Shown: positions 59,075-64,000 of the stretch, piece by piece | Position numbering within the stretch: the first letter of the stretch is position 1 | How the letters are laid out: every line of letters begins with the position of its first letter | Assembly (NCBI RefSeq): GCF_046119375.1 | Contig: NW_027362762.1 | Span: forward strand, 708,040,001-708,104,000 | From: Phyllobates terribilis | Taxonomy: Eukaryota | Reading direction: 5' to 3' | DNA: 64,000 nucleotides | Translations under genes and position numbers: made by a program | The notes under the pieces: generated by a model | What the model was told of the DNA's origin: nothing | Seen by the model: only the letters and a program-made list of their open reading frames with translations | Databases searched by the model: none

Positions 59075-61870
59075 TGCCACCCCACTAGAGGTTGACGTCC
59101 TCGACACACCTCCCCACTCAAAGTCGTCTTGTGCATAGCGCTGTGGGGGTATACTCGCCGTAGCTCGAGTAGTTCTCCTGAGACCCACCCGAACAGACTC
59201 GGTCCCCGAGGGGGCAGAAGTCTCTTCAGTGGTATCATCAGAGGGAGCCAATGAGGCTGCTCCCTCCTGAGGTGTGGCGCCCTGTGCCACATCATCCGGG
59301 TCAGGTAACTGACGTGATTCCCTGTTCTCTGAAGGACATACCACATTCTCAACATTCTCTCCACACGGGGACAGATTGATCTCAGGGGGCAAGTATCAGG
59401 TGCAGAGGGAGACTCACCATCAAATTCAAGAGCATTAGGAATGCCCACCCCTCGGGACACGACCTGTGGCTCCGTGGGAACAGGGACCGCATCTTCAAAC
59501 CAGCACCGTTGTAGCATGTTACGATGAAGATTACAGGTTGGTCCCCCTGTCCCCACCGGCTCGACCTCGTAGACTGGAATCTCAGGGCTCACCCGTTTTT
59601 TTACCAGGTATGGAGTCGCCTCCCATCGTTCACTCAGCTTTCCGGACCGTCGTTTAATTCTCACCAACAATCTATCCCCCGGGGAGAAAGGCTCGACTTG
59701 CACGGGACGCGCGTCCCTATGGGTCACCTGACTGAGTCGATCACCCACCACCTAATGCACCACCCTTAATCGCCGCCGGTGTTCTTGAACCCATTCTGAT
59801 GCGGTCCAAGGGGGATTGGAGGAGGGACCTGGCATGCTCAAATCCTTAATGTCCCGCCCTGGCCTCCCGAACATCAACATGTGTGGTGAGTAGCCAGTAG
59901 TGCTGTGCATTCTATTATTGTAGGCCCACATCAATTCGGGGAGATACTCTGGCCAGCATACCTGCTGTTTACCCTCCAACATCCTCAACATCTGCAACAG
60001 AGTCCAATTAAAGTGCTCACAAGCTCTGTTACCTTGGGGATGGTAAGGTGTCGTTCTCGACATTGCGATACCATACAGCTGGTACAGCTCTTTCATTAAT
60101 GCCTCCTGGACACATACCCCTTGGTCCTAGTGTATTCTTTGCGGACATCCAAACACCTGGATGAAATGTCGACACATGGTCTCAGCCGCTGACTCCGCCG
60201 TCTGATCTCTTGTCGGCACTGCTACAGCATACTTGGTGAAGTGGTCTGTCATTACCACGCAATAGGAATACCCAGTCGTTGAGTTTCCTATCGAGACATA
60301 GTCAATCATGAGCAGCTCTAAGGGAGTGGAAGTCTTAATAGATTGCGTGGGCGCCCGCTGCTCAGGGCTCTTACTGAGCCCACAGACTCGACACTGCCGA
60401 CACGCCTTTGTCACCATCCCTCCCAATTCAGGACAATAGAGGACTCACTGTAGCCACTGGAGTGTCTTTTCACTTCCAAAGTGGGACCCTTTCTCATGCG
60501 CCTCACGAGCAACCACCGGACCCATCCCCATAGGGATTACTAGGTGGTACCGGTGCTGCAGCTCAGATAGCAGGTACACCTTACGGTACAAGAGGCCCTG
60601 TTCCACACACAACTTATCCCACTGTGGCAGTAGTTTCATTCCTTCCGCTGACAGCTGGGCCTTGTCCTTTGCACGTGACCAGACCCTTTTTTGTACCCAA
60701 TTGCGCACTAGTGCAATGTCTGGGCAATCATTCTGGTCTTTCGCCCAATCCGAGGGTGTTTTTTCCAGAACACCCGGCATCCCTGACGCCACCCCACTTG
60801 AATGTACCACACTTCAGAAGATAGGTACCTGCCCCAAGTCAGGGGTTTCAGTGTCCTCAAGCTGGTCATCAACATTTTCCCCCAAGGACCCAAGGGGCAC
60901 CCTTGAGAGTGCATCCGTATTTCCGAGTTCCCGTCCAGAGCGAAACTTAATTCGATAGTTAAACTTAGCAAGGCGAGCGACCTACCGCTGATCCAACGCT
61001 CCCAGTTTTGCGTTTTCTAGTTGAGCCAGAGGGTTATTATCAGTCATGAATAGCATCTCAGCTCCTGTTAAATACTCGGCAAAGCGTTCTGTCATCACCC
61101 ACAACAGGGCCAGTAGCTCTAGGCGAAACGAGCTGTAGTTAGCTGGGTTGCATTCAGTGTCTCTTAAAGACCTGCTGCCATAGGCGATTACTCGCTCCTG
61201 ACCATCCTGCACTTGTGCTAGTACTGCCCCCAGCCCATGCAGACTGCCATCGGTGTATAACAGGAAAGTGGAATCAAACCGGGCATACGCCAACAACGGA
61301 GCGCTCGTTAGGGCGTCCTTCACCTCCTCAAATGCCTTTTCCTGCAGGGGTCCTCATGGGATGGGGCGATTTTGGGGGCCCTGTGCCATCCCTCTTGAAA
61401 GGTCATTCAGGGGACTCACTATTTGTGAAAACTTAGGTACAAATCGCCGATAGTACCCCGCTAAACCCAAGAAGGCCCGAACCTCTCGCAGGGTACGGGG
61501 AGGTGGCCACTCCTGCACGACCATGACCTTACTGGTCGCGGGCAGCACCCCGTTCGGAGTGACCACGTGGCCTAAATACTCAATCTGACTCTGGACGTAC
61601 CATCACCATCCGCCTAGTGTCGCCCTCTAGTGCATTTAATGCCAGCTCTGCTCGTAACGCGGGGGCCAGATTACACATCCGCAGAACACTCAAGACCCTC
61701 TCAGCCCAATCCTGCAATGCCATGTTATGCCCGTCGTATTTCGGAATGTGCTGGAGTAAAGCTCCTACCGGCACATATCCTCCCAAAGTCGCTGCGGCTG
61801 CCAGGGGTTCCGCAACCAGTGAAGGGGCTGCTGGTGCGGCAGAGTCATTTCTTCCCTCGCCTCCGTCCAT
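59075..61870 (-). pseudogene. Truncated gag fused to RT end, RNase H and integrase remnants
   Basis: Gag start MDGGEG..IPKYDGH..QDWAER; junction at ~61595 into QIEYLGHVV..FLGLAGYYRRFV; YTDGSLHGLGAVL and NYSSFRLELLAL RNase H; HFGSEKT..CRQC, MIDYV, DQG, YHPQGNRACEHFN integrase; multiple stops. Confidence 0.9.
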
Positions 61871-63190
61871 GAAAAGCGCTGGATCCTGCCGACTAGTCCA
61901 AAAATGTAATGACCGGAGGTCCGAGAGAGATCCAGTGAGTCACAAACTGAGACAGAGACAAAAATAAACAAAACTTTCTTTACTAAAACAGGGATTAGAC
62001 TAAAATTCAGCATTGCATGAAACAGTCTCAGGTTCTACCTGGGACACTGTCTCTACTAACTACACACAATCAGCAAAAGCTGAAATCAATGTGCCAATCT
62101 CAAGGTTTCCAGTTTATGTGAATTATACTAATGATCTAAAACAATTTTACCTAAACACTGTGTCAGTCTAGTGTGGGTGTTCTATAGGGACCCCTGAGAT
62201 GGCACACTTAGTACAATCCTACCACTATTAACAATAACAATGCATGAAACTATACCAATTGCTCTTATACCCCTAGTATAGAGATACCAGGGTATCTTAA
62301 AGTTACATTACCGTTAACCTCAGATGTGGTCTATCACAGGCCTGTGAATAGCGGTGGCTGCAGCTAGTCCCGGAAAACTTTGGCGCAAAATAAAAAGCAA
62401 CGTTTACAAAAACAGCAAAGGTTCCTCGTCTTTTCGGCCGATGCCGAGCCCACACGCCGGGGACTTTTGTCCTGTAGCCTCAGGTTAAGGTCCGAGAAGA
62501 ACTCTTCAACAGGATTGTCAGTATCCTCTCAATGTGAATGGCACCGGACCCCATCTCTCCTCTCGCAGTCACTCACTGTTTTCCAGACCACCAACCACGC
62601 GCTCCGTCACAGAGATGATATCCTCAGTCTCTTTCCCTCTCACTCGACACTTGGCTCATTCAGCACAAAGTGTCTAGTCCACTCAGCATGGACTTCCACA
62701 AAACTCCAAAGAGCCACACAGCTTTCCCCAGCTCAGCACTCGTTCTTAAGCAGGGACACAGCTTCACCAGGGCCAGAAGTTAACAACCCCCGCAGGAAAG
62801 CTTGTAGAGAGAGTCTTGTTGCAGTTCAGTCCTCACAGTTCTCCTCAGTCTCTCCGTCCAGCGTCTCACACAGCAGACACCCTCAGAACACACAGGGTCT
62901 CCCGATCTGCCCCTGCTCTGAGCTCAGCCAGGCAAAACCCACAGGGTCCTAATGCTCTCCTGCTGCTATCACGGTTCACACTCTCACAAGCACACAGATG
63001 ACATACCTGTACAATCCATGTACTGTATGTGTTTAACATTGCAAAGGATAGGAGAAGCTTGTAATTTATTCATTTATCCATACATGAAAATTGCTGACAA
63101 CAGCAGTACAATGGTTTGTGAACATGAAAAACAAATGTCTGAATGAGGCCTACGCCTATGTATATGCAAAATGCCTCTTTATGCAGAAAT

Positions 63191-64000
63191 ACTTCTGTCT
63201 ATGTGGGAATATGCCTGTGTATGTGGGAATATACCTGTGTATGCAGGAATACGCCTGTGTATGTGGGAATATGCCTCTGTATGTAGGAATATGCCTGTGT
63301 ACAGTATCTGGGAATATGCCTTTGTATGTGGGAATATGCCTTTGTATGTGGGAATGCACCTGTGTATGTGGGAATATGCCTGTGTATGTGGGAATATGCC
63401 TGTGTATGTGGGAATACGCCTGTGTATGTGGGAATATGCCTCTGTATGTGGGAATATGCCTGTGTAAGTGGGAATACACCTGTGTATGTGGGAATACGCC
63501 TGTGTATGTGGGAATATGCCTCTATATGTAGGAATATGCCTGTGTACAGTATGTGGGAATATGCCTCAGTATGTGGGAATATGCCTTTGTATGTGGGTAT
63601 ACGCCTGTGTATGTGGGAATATGCCTGTGTATGTGGGAATATGCCTGTGTATGTGGGAATATGCCTCTGTATGTGGGAATATGCCTGTGTATGTGGGAAT
63701 ACGCCTGTGTATGTGGGAATACGCCTGTGTATGTGGGAATATGCCGGTGTATGTGGGAATATGCCTCTGTATGTGGGAATATGCCTCTCTACGTGGGAAT
63801 ATGTATGTGTATGTGGAATATGTCTCAATATGTGGGAATACACCTGTGTATGTAGTAATATGCCTGTGTGTGTGGGAATATGCCTGTGTGTGTGGAAATT
63901 TGCCTGTGCGTGTGGGAATATGCCTGTGTATGTGGGAATATGCCTCAATACGTGGGAATATTCCTGTGTGGGGGGGTATATTCCTGTGTGTGGGGGGGGA
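63191..64000. repeat. 20-bp tandem satellite
   Basis: Unit GGGAATATGCCTGTGTATGT repeated with variants to the window end. Confidence 0.95.

Larger units (their letters stand above)
57168..62988 (-). mobile_element. Gypsy LTR retrotransposon, internally deleted
   Basis: LTRs 57168-59074 (interrupted) and 61905-62988; 4-bp TSD AGCA; PBS 61883-61900 TGGACTAGTCGGCAGGAT (tRNA-Ser, 2 mismatches); PPT-like AGTGGGGTGGCA preceded by GAGGACGT. Confidence 0.93.

Noticed and set aside
63091-63948. HRHIPTYTG / VCGNMP repeat ORFs
   Set aside because: Translations of the 20-bp satellite; the unit length is not a multiple of three.
63191-64000. CRISPR-like regular repeats
   Set aside because: Contiguous tandem units with no unique spacers, in eukaryotic DNA with no cas genes.

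Overview
Repeat-rich vertebrate genomic DNA. It is most likely an anuran amphibian, inferred from the frog-type TTAA/TWA MITEs, the Tc1, piggyBac, Gypsy and Penelope content, and an OLFML3 protein close to Xenopus ONT1 as I recall it. The one firmly identifiable host gene is olfactomedin-like 3 on the minus strand: coding exons at 44031-44310 and 40704-41491, with exon 1 not found. The rest is mostly nested mobile DNA: two decayed Tc1 transposons, a decayed piggyBac, a near-intact chromodomain Gypsy (Tf1/sushi type), an internally deleted Gypsy, Penelope-like fragments, SINEs, many MITEs and satellites. The main discovery candidate is a family of pol-less LTR retroelements with 4-bp TSDs and tRNA-Ser primer-binding sites. 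Their only cargo is one long ORF ending in a cold-shock domain (CSD). One very young copy has an intact 680-aa ORF (33605-38502). A divergent second lineage has a homologous but frameshifted ORF (13931-18364), and a third lineage is present as a solo LTR (24787-26100). The lineages share covarying RNA hairpins and an identical pre-PPT motif. All calls are by eye; no database searches were run.
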